A stretch of DNA of 63,763 bases, filler included, from Reclinomonas americana ATCC 50394 (GCA_048213135.1; 6 parts of 4 records of this genome joined end to end with filler, not necessarily neighbours in it), one strand, 5' to 3'; positions 24,488 to 37,479 are shown, numbered from the whole stretch's first letter. Numbers and translations are program-made. Notes: a model not told the origin generated them from the sequence alone.

Positions 24488-25977
24488 GGATACGATTTTA
24501 GTTTTGAGCGTTGGATCGGTCGATCGGGAACTGTACTGAAATTGGCTCGGAGAAACGGAGAGTGAGGTGGAAGCTGTTTTGGTGACTGAAATACGAGTAG
24601 CAATGCTCTGACGCCAGCTACGGTTGCAGGAGACGAAGAAAATGCACGAAACGACCTGCCATGGAGCAGCGATTTCGAATCGATATCAATATTAATTGCA
24701 GATGCACGATGCGGTACTCGCCCAACCTACGCGCTCGGAGGAACCGGTGCTGCAACTGCATGGTATCACATTTATTCAGAGGCACGGGCGCTTGAGACAG
24801 TGTGATCGCGAATTGTGGAAATTCGACAGGCGCTGCAATCCTTTCCCAACGCTTTGCGTCAAACGTCCTTCGCGGCTTTCTCGGAACTCGGAGAGAGGAG
24901 GCCAGAACGAGCGAATCGACAACAACAACAACAACAANNNNNNNNNNNNNNNNNNNNNNNNNNNNNNNNNNNNNNNNNNNNNNNNNNNNNNNNNNNNNNN
25001 NNNNNNNNNNNNNNNNNNNNNNNNNNNNNNNNNNNNNNNNNNNNNNNNNNNNNNNNNNNNNNNNNNNNNNNNNNNNNNNNNNNNNNNNNNNNNNNNNNNN
25101 NNNNNNNNNNNNNNNNNNNNNNNNNNNNNNNNNNNNNNNNNNNNNNNNNNNNNNNNNNNNNNNNNNNNNNNNNNNNNNNNNNNNNNNNNNNNNNNNNNNN
25201 NNNNNNNNNNNNNNNNNNNNNNNNNNNNNNNNNNNNNNNNNNNNNNNNNNNNNNNNNNNNNNNNNNNNNNNNNNNNNNNNNNNNNNNNNNNNNNNNNNNN
25301 NNNNNNNNNNNNNNNNNNNNNNNNNNNNNNNNNNNNNNNNNNNNNNNNNNNNNNNNNNNNNNNNNNNNNNNNNNNNNNNNNNNNNNNNNNNNNNNNNNNN
25401 NNNNNNNNNNNNNNNNNNNNNNNNNNNNNNNNNNNNNNNNNNNNNNNNNNNNNNNNNNNNNNNNNNNNNNNNNNNNNNNNNNNNNNNNNNNNNNNNNNNN
25501 NNNNNNNNNNNNNNNNNNNNNNNNNNNNNNNNNNNNNNNNNNNNNNNNNNNNNNNNNNNNNNNNNNNNNNNNNNNNNNNNNNNNNNNNNNNNNNNNNNNN
25601 NNNNNNNNNNNNNNNNNNNNNNNNNNNNNNNNNNNNNNNNNNNNNNNNNNNNNNNNNNNNNNNNNNNNNNNNNNNNNNNNNNNNNNNNNNNNNNNNNNNN
25701 NNNNNNNNNNNNNNNNNNNNNNNNNNNNNNNNNNNNNNNNNNNNNNNNNNNNNNNNNNNNNNNNNNNNNNNNNNNNNNNNNNNNNNNNNNNNNNNNNNNN
25801 NAGCATCTGCCATGTACAATTCATTCACCAACAAACAAGCAACAGCTGTCTTGATGACCAAGTTCAACCGTATCCAAAACATCAACACAGACACCAATCT
25901 TGAGGCAGCAGACTCTCATACATTTCATTCATTTCTTCGAATTACATTCCGTATCCCGCATGGCCACCACGGTATCA

Positions 25978-28408
25978 TCACTCCACTGACCAAACCTCGT
26001 AGTCCTGCACGCGGAAGTTTTGCGACCCCACTAGTGTTGTGTTGTTGCACTGACCACCATCTGTGGCGACATAGTCTCCCGAGCCGAGACGGGAGCACGA
26101 GGCCTCGTTCGTGTCACAGCGATTCGCAATTGAGAGGCATGGAGACTGTCGGCTACCAAAGCACGGTCCACTCTGAGGGTCGCTTTGTGTCGCATACACA
26201 TTCTGCGCGAATGAAACCGAAGAAAGGCCGAACCGGCGAGCTGGTTGACCGATTGCTGACGCAGCAAACAAGAAACTTTGTTTGCTCCCATCGGTGACCC
26301 TGCGTGCAGATCCGTCAGAAGACCAGGGGACCGGCGTGTATCCACCGCACACGCGACCCGTGGTCGTCCGCACCACCGTGAGGGTGGCACTGTACGCGGA
26401 GTGACGTGAGGGCGAAGCGTGCTGTTTCATACCGCGCGTTGAGGAAGTACAAACTCACCCGCGATAATCGCAGCAGCGATGGAAGTCTGCAGCGGCGGAT
26501 CCGTTGACAGACGAGCGATACAGCCTCTTCAGTTGCGGCTTTGCTCCACCCCATGCGGCAGAGAGCCATTGCATCAGTGGCGCGGAGTCTGCGCGTGACA
26601 GGAGGTCACTTCCGACACGACCTCTTCTCGATTGTGGAACCAGCTTTTCCACCCTCACAGGACAGCATCGATACAACATCCACTGGTCGACTCGCTCCTT
26701 CGGAAAGCACTGCGAGTCGAAAACGTCGTCAAAGCACCTGGTGACACGAATGAGCTGCAGAAGAAAGAGAGTGTGCACACAATTCGAAGATTTAGAGCAC
26801 CTGTCAAACGGAAGGCACGATAGACGAATAAATTCTTGCAGTGGTGCAGTGGCCTCCGCCATGCGAGCTCGTTCTTCTGACGTCCATTGCTGTGGCTGCA
26901 CAGTTCTGACTTCAGCGTGGTGGCTGCTCAACGGACATGTACAACTGTTGGTTAGCTATCGCAGACTCGAAGAACGATGCAGACACGTGCACATACCGCG
27001 CATACGCCATCATCACTGCGAAACAGTCTTCCTCTTCGCAGCTGAGGGTCAGTCGGCGGAGTATCAATGTGAAAGCATCGATGCTGAGGCGTGGGACTTG
27101 TGGATTGTCAGGTGCCAAGACGACGACGGCGTCGCGGTCAACCACGCGCAGACAGTCGTCCACAATCTTCAGCTCGTCGTGAGCCATGGCTCCGACCTGC
27201 AAGGAGTAAGTGCGCGGATGGGAAAAAGTTCACAAACACAACAATCCTAATACGCAATAAACGCAACAAGCAGTGGCAGCACATTTTGTGCATCGATGCT
27301 CTTGTTGATAACATCCCGGCAGTAGGCCACCAGTGCCTCGATGCGCAGCTCATCGGCAGCGCGCATCAAATCAAAGGCGTCTTCGACCTTCACCTTGGCG
27401 ATGCCCTGTGTGATAATGAGTAAGTTGTGAGGCTCAGTGAAGCAATTAGCATGTGGCATGGAACCTGGTGGAAGTAGTCGAGGATGATTCGCATCAGGTC
27501 GGGGCGGATGTTTGGCTTCTCCCTGTGACGCGATGAAGAGAGTGAGCGCGCAGGAGGAAGAAATACCAAGGTAGCGTTAGCGCAGCAGGAAACGCAAGAT
27601 AAGAAGCACTATAGCCAGCGGCAACATGCCGAGATGAAAGAGACATCAACAAAGNNNNNNNNNNNNNNNNNNNNNNNNNNNNNNNNNNNNNNNNNNNNNN
27701 NNNNNNNNNNNNNNNNNNNNNNNNNNNNNNNNNNNNNNNNNNNNNNNNNNNNNNNNNNNNNNNNNNNNNNNNNNNNNNNNNNNNNNNNNNNNNNNNNNNN
27801 NNNNNNNNNNNNNNNNNNNNNNNNNNNNNNNNNNNNNNNNNNNNNNNNNNNNNNNNNNNNNNNNNNNNNNNNNNNNNNNNNNNNNNNNNNNNNNNNNNNN
27901 NNNNNNNNNNNNNNNNNNNNNNNNNNNNNNNNNNNNNNNNNNNNNNNNNNNNNNNNNNNNNNNNNNNNNNNNNNNNNNNNNNNNNNNNNNNNNNNNNNNN
28001 NNNNNNNNNNNNNNNNNNNNNNNNNNNNNNNNNNNNNNNNNNNNNNNNNNNNNNNNNNNNNNNNNNNNNNNNNNNNNNNNNNNNNNNNNNNNNNNNNNNN
28101 NNNNNNNNNNNNNNNNNNNNNNNNNNNCGCGCAACTCCACACGCTCCTCGCCCGCGACAATCACAAAGTCGCTCATCGCGGGGTCGGTGGCAATCGCGTG
28201 GGCGATTTGCCGAACCAGCTGCTTTTGGTGATTCAGCTGAGCGATGAGGGGGAAAGAATGAGTGAGTGTGGAGGAAGTGGGGAGTGAGGAGAGATTGGCT
28301 CACCGTGTTCGCCATAAAAGTTTTTCTGCCGTATCTTGACACGACTGTGCGGGATTCGAAATCTGACACGAATTCTGGCGAGGTTATCAAACGGTGTTCC
28401 GGCCACAT
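25978..28408 (-). CDS. BTB/POZ-BACK-TLDc domain protein
   Basis: BTB: DPAMSDFVIVAGEERVELR[gap]...PNIRPDLMRIILDYFH...AFDLMRAADELRIEALVAYC. BACK-like: NVLPLL...LILRRLTLSCEEEDCF. TLDc: LYRSSVNGSAAADFHRCCD, TLTVVRT, GGYTPVPW, SFLF, GPCFG, FRVQDYEVW. Confidence 0.9.
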
Positions 28409-28647
28409 GATCCGTCTGATCCTGTCCGCATAGCAGGGGTACGCGCGATCGGCTCAGTGTGTTCATTTGTCGCCATCGATATCGACGTCTTTCAACTTCG
28501 CAGTGCTCGCCACTGCGCATGCGCATGCAGAACCTTGCCTTCGGGCCGCTTGGACCTCACTAGGTTATGCTCTTGTCGCTATGGTGTTCTCTACTTGGAC
28601 AGTGATGCAGCGGCGCCGGCTGTCAAGTTGTCCTGCACACCCATCAG

Positions 28648-30630
28648 ATGCCCTTCACCGTGCAACCCGTGTGCCGCTGCCTCTCCTGGAACCCCCACTA
28701 CATGTGGTTCTCCGCCGAGATACGCACCTCCGAGCTGGCCGTGCACGCCACTCGCGAACTCTTACACCGCGACGACGACGACAACCACACATCACTGGTG
28801 TTGCTGATGTTGTCCGGCGTGCTGCTGGAGGAGACCATGCGCCTCTCACAATCGCATGAACTCGAAGACGAGTGTCTGTGCGCACTGGAGTGGACCGATC
28901 CCGTGGCGACCAACCATGGGAGAGAGTGTACGTGTGTGCATCAGTGCAGTGTGGCCGCGTTTGTGGATGGGAGTGGTGTCGCGCGAGTGTCGGAGACTGC
29001 GGCGGGACTGCTGGTGCCACCGGAGGCCACGCATCGTGAGTTCCTGGAGTTGGTCGGTGTGCCAGAGACACTGGTGGGGATGACTGTCAATGTGGAGGAG
29101 CGCGTGCTGTTGCTGGTCACAAACGGGGAGCGTGCGTCGAGGCAGCAGGAGGAGCTGTTTGGTCCGTGCGAGCTGGATGTGCAGTGTGGTATGGCGGCTG
29201 CGTGCGTGGACATGTGTCTGGGTGTGGCGGAGCGGCGTGGATGGGCGGTGTCGCTGGGCGCGATTCTTGTGGTGCACTCTGGGCAGTCGTTGGACTTGAC
29301 GGTGGAGGAGGGCGGTGGTGCGCCTGTGGATGTGTCGAAGCTTGCGTCCAGGTGTGTGTGTCGTTGGATTGAAGTCTAGACAGTCACGGCACTCACTCGT
29401 ATCACTTCACTCTCTCACTGCATAAGCTTGCGTCCAGGTGTGTGTGTCTATGTGGTAGAAGGCGCTTGAGCACTCGTGTCGCGTCACTTCACTCTCTCCT
29501 GCATTGCACTCTCAGTGCCTCGTTCACTGCCTTGCGCACCTTGCACCCGCTCGTGAGCGGCAACAGTGACCGAGTACAGCGTGCTGAGTGCTATGACTGA
29601 CTGCAGCTTGGAAGTGCGAATGGAGAGTGCAGTGAGGTGTTCACTCAGCTTGTGGTGTGACCCGCCCCCGAGTCAACGTGCTCAGGACTCTGCACTCAAC
29701 GCACCCTCCACTCTCTCACTGCACTCGGTCACCACTGTCGTCCTTCTCCTCCGCCGCCATCTCCTCCTTTTCCCGCCGCTCGCCCTCGTCTTCTTCTTTT
29801 GCCTCTTTTCCGTTCTCATCTTCTTCATCACTTATATAGCGAGGGTTACTGTCCTCGGACCACCGTGCTCTGGACACTTCGCTTCTCCCTACACACTCAC
29901 TCACTTCACCCGCTCACTGCATCCACATTCTGCATTCACTCCGCACTCACAAGGTGCAGTTTGTTACTGCACTTTACACCGGACTCACCCTACACTTCAT
30001 TTTGCACTCTCTCACTGCAGGCACTCACCGCACCACACTCGCTCACTGCACTTGATCACCACTGCCACTCACTGTCTTTGAGCACCACTCAACTCGCTCT
30101 TGCATTGCGCCCCAGCACTGCACTCTCCTCTACCTCTCCCTCCTCCCTCTCCCTCTCTCTCTCTCCTCTCACCCTCTCCCTCCTTCTCCCCTCCCCCCCT
30201 CTTCCCACCTCTCAGATGGCCCTCTCTGGGACCACTTGACGCCCGCCGCCCTGTCCGCACGGCTGCCGAGGCACACCACCTTCTGCGAGTCGTCCGCCGC
30301 ACTTTTCATGCGCAGCCTCCATGCCGCTCCCACCAGCTGCTGTGCTGGATCACCATGTACCGCGAAGGCGGCGATGGCGACGAGTGGACGCCACGGCACG
30401 TGTTCCTCGTCGCCAATCCGTACGTGGACCGGCTGCGCACGACGGCTGAGTGGGCCGACTGGCAACTACGCCACGATACCAGCGCACTGAGCTCGGTGGT
30501 CGGCGCCATGTACGACTGTGTAGCTGCGGCACATAATCAGAGCGCTCACGTGCCGTATCGCCTGTCGCGCTGTTCGTATCTGGTGTGGCAGGAGATGCTG
30601 ACGGCGAGGGAGACGAGTTGTAGAGGGCGG
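28648..30630 (+). CDS. Hypothetical multi-exon protein, possibly with divergent ubiquitin-like N-terminal domain(s); may extend to ~32000
   Basis: Long open exon 28648-~29351 ending at CAG|GTGTGT; coding-like exons ~29566-29631 and 30216-30629 (ends CG|GTGAGT); coding-like sequence at ~31370-31590. Confidence 0.4.
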
Positions 30631-32227
30631 TGAGTGGGAGGAGAGGGAGGGGGAAGGAGATGGAGTGGGAGATAGAAAGGACAGAGATAGATAGAGAGAG
30701 GGAAAGGAAACAATGAGCGAGGCGCCGAAAGAGATTCCTTCGATTTGAACGCAGACGTGTGCTGGTGGTTCTTCCTCGCGGCTGTTCTATTTCTCAACAT
30801 TGATCCGACAACCCTCAGAAACAGTTGCAGCAATAGCTGCAAAAGAAAACACCCGCGTTTAGTTGGCGATCACTTGAAAATGCTGAGGCATATGGATCAG
30901 TGAGAGGAGAGAAGTGACAGGGAGAAGGCGGAGCGAGAGTGCAAGAGATGCAGGGAAGAGAGAGAGAGAGAGAGGAGGGATAAGGAAGTGAGTGACGGAA
31001 CGACTGAGATGGCTGTTGCGACCGAGGGAGGGAGACGAAAGATTAGAGAGAAAGAGATTAGAAATTTAGAGAGAGAGAGAAAGAAAAGATAGAGAGACTT
31101 GGACGGCGACTGCGACCGAGTGAGAGAGATATCGAGAGGGGACAACACTTGGGCTTCTACCTCTGGAGTGCGTTTTTCTTTCTTTCTCTCTCTCTCTCCC
31201 TCCCTCTCTCTCCCTCTCTCACTCTCTCCGTATCTTTGACTGAGAGAGAGGGGCGAATGAGATGAAAGTAGACTGTGCAACCGAAGGGAGAGATGGGCGT
31301 GGCAGAAGAGCTTCAGTGATGCTCTTGAGAATGTCACTCGTGGCAGCTAACTTAGTTTTCGCCGCACAGCATCATATCGGTGAGCACCCTTCCGTTGCCC
31401 CACAAGCTGAGCAGCGCAAATTTCGCCTGTGGACAGTGTGTGGCAGCATTGAGGCGGGCCAGGCACTGATATCGATCGGAACGGCGCCACCACTCTTTCA
31501 GCGGCCGGCTGACGCCTGGCTGGCAGCCATTCAGCGGCCACAGAGCGATCAGCCGTGCCCCCCGGCAGAATACGACGATGAAGGCGAGGAACGAGATCAT
31601 TCGATCGCGCAAGCACCGCTTCTCCTCTTTTGCTATTTCGCAGTGGAGTGTGGCGACGCAGCTTGACGGACGTGCACCTGCAGCAGGATGAGGACGAGTA
31701 CGCCACAAGCGCAGTTCATGTTGCGTACTATTGTCTCTCTGTGTGCGTGTGTGGTGTCAGATCGCGATATCGTCTCGCAATCAAATGCGCCTCCAACCCC
31801 ATGGCCAGTGCTCCTCCACCTTCTTCTGCGCAGTCTTGCCCGTCCATGGCGCATTCTGCTTCTTGGCACGACATCAACAACGGACGGATGGTACCGTCGC
31901 CCTCTCCCCTCTCTCCCCCTTGACCTCAAATCTATCCACGTGCACCCACAAGGCTTGCGCAGTAGACGATCGAGACATGCAAGACGAGTTTGGAACGACT
32001 GCGAAGACACACGCCGACAATCGGTGGTGAGCAGTCGTCTTTTTCAGTTCGACTTGCTTTCTTTTTTCCTTTTGCCACTCTGTGCCTCGACCTCACCGTT
32101 TCCCCCTTTTGCCTGTGCGCGAACGGTCTACAGACATCACCGCGAGCCACCAGATATCCAGCAGACGTGCTCGCGATATCCATTCCGGCCATATCACACT
32201 GTTTTTTTTGCTTTCGCTGAGAATAGT

Positions 32228-33661
32228 ATGTTTGCCTCCCGCGTTTCTTTCCTTGCCCTTGTGCTCGCCCTCGTCGCGGTCGCCCTCGCCTCCGTGTACG
32301 TTGTCGAGGCGCGCCGTATGAGTCGCGAAGAGATGCGTCAGGCGCTGGCGGAGTTGGATGGTGAGCTCCACATGCAATGTCTTGTCCCCCTTTTCTTTGC
32401 TGATGATTGACGCCACACATTAGAGGCCGGCATGTTCGAGGTCGAGGAGGAGGAGAGCTTTGATGAGGATGAGGATGAGGGTGCGTGTGCTCGATAGTTT
32501 TCTTCTTGTCTTTTTTCTTCCCACTCTTTATTTCTCCTGTGCGCTATAGCACATGCATATATATGCGTGTGCCACATATGCGTGTGCTTTTACTCTCTCT
32601 CTCTCTCTCTGTGCTCTGCGCGCTGTCTACCCGTGTCTGTGCTACATGCGTCATAAGTGACGTATATGTCCACTACTACTAACGTACTACGTACTACTCG
32701 TACGTCNNNNNNNNNNNNNNNNNNNNNNNNNNNNNNNNNNNNNNNNNNNNNNNNNNNNNNNNNNNNNNNNNNNNNNNNNNNNNNNNNNNNNNNNNNNNNN
32801 NNNNNNNNNNNNNNNNNNNNNNNNNNNNNNNNNNNNNNNNNNNNNNNNNNNNNNNNNNNNNNNNNNNNNNNNNNNNNNNNNNNNNNNNNNNNNNNNNNNN
32901 NNNNNNNNNNNNNNNNNNNNNNNNNNNNNNNNNNNNNNNNNNNNNNNNNNNNNNNNNNNNNNNNNNNNNNNNNNNNNNNNNNNNNNNNNNNNNNNNNNNN
33001 NNNNNNNNNNNNNNNNNNNNNNNNNNNNNNNNNNNNNNNNNNNNNNNNNNNNNNNNNNNNNNNNNNNNNNNNNNNNNNNNNNNNNNNNNNNNNNNNNNNN
33101 NNNNNNNNNNNNNNNNNNNNNNNNNNNNNNNNNNNNNNNNNNNNNNNNNNNNNNNNNNNNNNNNNNNNNNNNNNNNNNNNNNNNNNNNNNNNNNNNNNNN
33201 NNNNNNNNNNNNNNNNNNNNNNNNNNNNNNNNNNNNNNNNNNNNNNNNNNNNNNNNNNNNNNNNNNNNNNNNNNNNNNNNNNNNNNNNNNNNNNNNNNNN
33301 NNNNNNNNNNNNNNNNNNNNNNNNNNNNNNNNNNNNNNNNNNNNNNNNNNNNNNNNNNNNNNNNNNNNNNNNNNNNNNNNNNNNNNNNNNNNNNNNNNNN
33401 NNNNNNNNNNNNNNNNNNNNNNNNNNNNNNNNNNNNNNNNNNNNNNNNNNNNNNNNNNNNNNNNNNNNNNNNNNNNNNNNNNNNNNNNNNNNNNNNNNNN
33501 NNNNNNNNNNNNNNNNNNNNNNNNNNNNNNNNNNNNNNNNNNNNNNNNNNNNNNNNNNNNNNNNNACGCCTCCCGCCCAACGTACAAGAATACGACCTAC
33601 CAACGAGCAACGGACGACATGGTGAGTCACGTATATATTATCGTGTGCCACTATAGTCGTG

Positions 33662-33713
<52 letters not shown>

Positions 33714-34384
33714 GCATCATTTTCGCGTGTCAAGTTTTCTCATTTTATCCCTTTTCCAGTCCAACTCTTATCTCTTTCTTTCTTCTCCTTTCTCCCCAGT
33801 TCACTTCCTCGCTTCTTCTTCTCCTCCTCCTCCCTCCCTCCTCTCTCTCTCTCTCCCAGATCTACTCGTCTATCCCTGTTCCTCCATCCCTCCCTCCTGT
33901 TGCCGATCTTTAATCTTTCACTTCCTCCCTTTCCTCTCTCCTTTTCCCTCGAGCTCTCCCCTCCTTTCCGGTCTCTTTCTCACCCATTCCCCCGCGGCCA
34001 GATCTCGTGCAAGTGTGGAACCCCACCTACGAGAGCCCGGTCGAATTCAAGAAGAAGAAGACCGGCGCCGTGCGCTTCGTGTCGCGCTTTGTGACGATTG
34101 CCCCGCGCCAATTCGGCGGCGGCAGCGAGATTGCCTGGTGGAAGAGCGCCGCCAAGCTGAACGAGGCCAAGCAGGGCGACGGCACCGGCATGCTCAACCA
34201 CTACCCGACGGCCAACGCCAAGTACCGCATCATCAATGGCACCACGCTGCGCGTCAAGTTCGCCTCGGGCCAACAGGGCGTTCCCGACTGGACTGGCGTC
34301 ATTGAGACGCGCCAGCAGGATCAGGCCGGCTTTGTGCAGGCATTGACTACGGCCGGCGCCGCTGTCGACAACAACCTCGCGTAA
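32228..34384 (+). CDS. Secreted-family paralog 1: signal peptide + acidic segment + PH-fold-like domain (~190 aa)
   Basis: Exons 32228-32360, 32424-32480 and 34002-34384 total 573 nt in frame: MFASRVSFLALVLALVAVALASVYVVEARRMSREEMRQALAELD-EAGMFEVEEEESFDEDEDE-DLVQVWNPTYESPVEFKKKK...VDNNLA*. The gap in intron 2 could hide further copies. Confidence 0.85.
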
Positions 34385-34421
34385 CGCTCTTACTGTATGT
34401 AAGCGACACTTTTTGTAAAGT

Positions 34422-34446
34422 GCGGATATCCAGGATATTGCTCGCG
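34422..34446 (+). promoter_or_regulatory. Family-specific upstream motif GCGGATATCCAGGATATTGCTCGCG
   Basis: Position-conserved counterparts upstream of all four paralogs (32153-32175, 34422-34446, 36087-36111, 38263-38287), ending 42-53 bp before each ATG. Confidence 0.65.
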
Positions 34447-34487
34447 CGCGTGTTCGTGCGTGTTAGTTTGTTTGCTGAGAGAACAGA

Positions 34488-34969
34488 ATGATCGCTTCTC
34501 GTGTGTCTTACCTTGCCTTTGTGCTCGCTCTTGTGGCGATTGCCATTGCCTCTGTGTATGTCGTCGAAGCTCGTCGCATGAGTCGCGAAGAGATGCGTCA
34601 GGCGCTGGCGGAGCTTGATGGTGTGTCTATCTCTCTCTCTCTCTGTGCTTGTATAGTCCCACCTCTCTCTCTCTCTAACACGTAGGGCGACACAGAGGCC
34701 GGCATGTTTGAGGTCGAGGAGGAGGAGAGCTTTGACGAGGAGGAGGACGAGGAAGGTGCGTGTTCCCTCTGTCTCTCTCTCTCTCNNNNNNNNNNNNNNN
34801 NNNNNNNNNNNNNNNNNNNNNNNNNNNNNNNNNNNNNNNNNNNNNNNNNNNNNNNNNNNNNNNNNNNNNNNNNNNNNNNNNNNNNNNNNNNNNNNNNNNN
34901 NNNNNNNNNNNNNNNNNNNNNNNNNNNNNNTCGTCGTCGTCGTCGTCGTACGTCGTCGTCGTCGTCGTC

Positions 34970-35024
<55 letters not shown>

Positions 35025-35628
35025 TCTCCCTCTCTGTCATCTTGTGGCTCTTCTTCTCGCTGCCCTTCTCTGTCTACTTTCCTCTCTCTCTCTTGTCTCA
35101 CTCTCTCTCTCTCTCTCTTTCTCTTCCCCCTGCACTACCCATTGTTTACTTGCTTCTCATGGTTTCTCTTCCTCAGTTTTGAGCGCTCTTCCCTCTCTCT
35201 AACTCTCTTTCTCTCTCTCTCTCACCCCTCCTTGCTTGTTTGCAGAGTTTGCGCAGGTATGGACCCCAACGTACGAGAGTCCTGTGGAGTTCAAGAAGAA
35301 GAAGACGGGCTCGAGGCGCTTCGTGTCGCGATTCCTGACGATTGCCCCGAAGCGTCCTGGTCCCGGCAACGAGATTGCGTGGTGGAAGAGCGCTGCGAAG
35401 CTGAACGAGGCCAAGCAGGGCGACGGCTCTGGCATGCTCAACCACTACCCGCTGGCCAACGCCAAGTACAAGATTGTCGACACCAAGACGCTGCGCGTCA
35501 AGTTCGCCTCGGGACAGCAGGGCGTCGCCGACTGGACTGGCCTCATTGAGACGCGCCCGGAGGATCAGGCCGGCTTTGTCGCGGCGCTGACCACGGCCGG
35601 CGCGGCTGTTGATAACACACTGGCGTAA
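34488..35628 (+). CDS. Secreted-family paralog 2 (~191 aa)
   Basis: Exons 34488-34620, 34696-34755 and 35246-35628 total 576 nt in frame; same architecture and intron phases as paralog 1. Confidence 0.88.
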
Positions 35629-36158
35629 TCTGCTGTACAGTTGAGAGAGGGAGAGAGCAGTGAAAAATGGCCCTGTTGTTGCTGTAATCGACAAGAGAGA
35701 GAGAGAGAGAGAGAGAGATGGATGTAGGAACGTTGTACGTCTCCACTTCTCAGGGGCCGAAGGAGTGACGCTGGATCGTAAGGTGCTCTTTGACAAGTCA
35801 CCGCACATCTTGCATTTAAGTCACTGCCAGACGGTGCGCATTCTCCTCTCTTTCTCACACACACATATATATATATACACACACACACACCAACACTGAG
35901 CGTGCAAGCACCAGCGCGCGCCGGTCAGCACAGACATGTTTAAATTTCATCGATATCGTGCTTGTACTTTGATTGCAATCAATCGACGATTAGTGCCGGC
36001 ACCATCGCTTTATCAAGCTAGCGTTATATATGCTCAGCACCGTAGAAGAGAGCACCCCTTCGATTACCGACATCTTGGTTGCACAGGCGAATATCGTGGA
36101 TATCGCTCGCGCGTGACGCACCTCTGTCCTCTCTCTCTCTCTGGTGTGCGCGAACAAA

Positions 36159-36483
36159 ATGTCTCCACGAGTGACTTGTGCATTCGGTGTGCTGTTGCTG
36201 TTGTTGTTGGTTTTGGGAGTGGTCGCACACTGTGCAGAGGCTCGACGCATGACGCGCGAAGAGATGCGTCGAGCGCTGGCGGAACTCGATGGTTGTTTGT
36301 TGCTCTTGTGTGTGTTGTCTCTCTCTTGCTCTACTCACTGCGCATGACTCAGAGGCTGGCATGTTTGAGGTTGACGATGAGGANNNNNNNNNNNNNNNNN
36401 NNNNNNNNNNNNNNNNNNNNNNNNNNNTTAATTAATTAANNNNNNNNNNNNNNNNNNNNNNNNNNNNNNNNNNNNNNNNNNNN

Positions 36484-36549
<66 letters not shown>

Positions 36550-37479
36550 GGGCGATATCTCATCGTCCTCTCGTTGTGCCTGTTCTCTATCTTGTCCTTC
36601 TTGTCTTTTGTTCTCCTCGTTCCCCTCCTCCCTCTCCACCACCACCTCCTCTTTCTCCACTTCCTCCTCCTCCGACCTCTCGTCCTTCATCTCCCTCTCT
36701 TCTTCGTTTCCTCGTCCTCCTCATCCACCACCACCACCACCACCACCACCACCACCACCACCACCACCACCACCACCACCACCACCACCACCACCACCAC
36801 CACCACCACCACCGCCGCCGCCGCCGCCACCACCATAGTACCACCACCACCTCTCCCAGGTCCTTCTCGTTCTTCGTCCTCTTTCTCCTCTACCTCCTCT
36901 TGCTCCTACACCTCCACCTCCACCTCATCCGGCCTCTCGTCCTTCTTATCCTCTTCCTCCTCCATGCTCCAATGTGCTTCTTTCCTGCCTTCCCTGGTCC
37001 TCTTTCTCTTCTCCCTCCCCTTCCCCATTCCCCCTCCCCTTCCTCCTTCCCTTTGTCGCCCCTTTCCCCACCCTTTACCCTTTACCCCCACGACAGGCTT
37101 CGCCCAGCTCTGGACTCCGACCTACGAGAGCCCCGTGGAATTCAAAAAGAAGAAGAACGGCATGCGTGAATTCATCTCGCAGTTTTTGACGATTGCCCCG
37201 CGCACCGGCGGCGGCTTTGAGCTGGCCTGGTGGAAGACCGCCGCTGACCTCGCCGAGGCCAAGAAACGCGACGGCTCCGGCATGCTCATCCGCTTCCCCC
37301 TCTCCACCGCCAAGTACAAGATGGTCAACAAGACCACGCTGCGCGTGAGGTTCTCCACGGGTGTGCAGGGCGCGAAGGATTGGGCAGGCATCATCGAGAC
37401 CCGCGAGCAGGATCAGGCCGCGTTCATCATGGCGCTCACCAATGGTGGCGCTCTCCTCGACAACTCCCTTTCTGCGTAG
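36159..37479 (+). CDS. Secreted-family paralog 3 (more divergent)
   Basis: Exon 36159-36291 (MSPRVTCAFGVLLLLLLVLGVVAHCAEARRMTREEMRRALAELD), exon 2 from 36353 (cut by a spacer), exon 37097-37479 (383 nt, the same length as exon 3 of paralogs 1 and 2). Confidence 0.8.
36428..36439. other. Artificial contig spacer TTAATTAATTAA
   Basis: Same N44-12mer-N44 structure. Confidence 0.95.
36725..36835. repeat. (CCA)n/(CCG)n trinucleotide microsatellite, intronic
   Basis: About 29 CCA units followed by CCG units. Confidence 0.9.
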
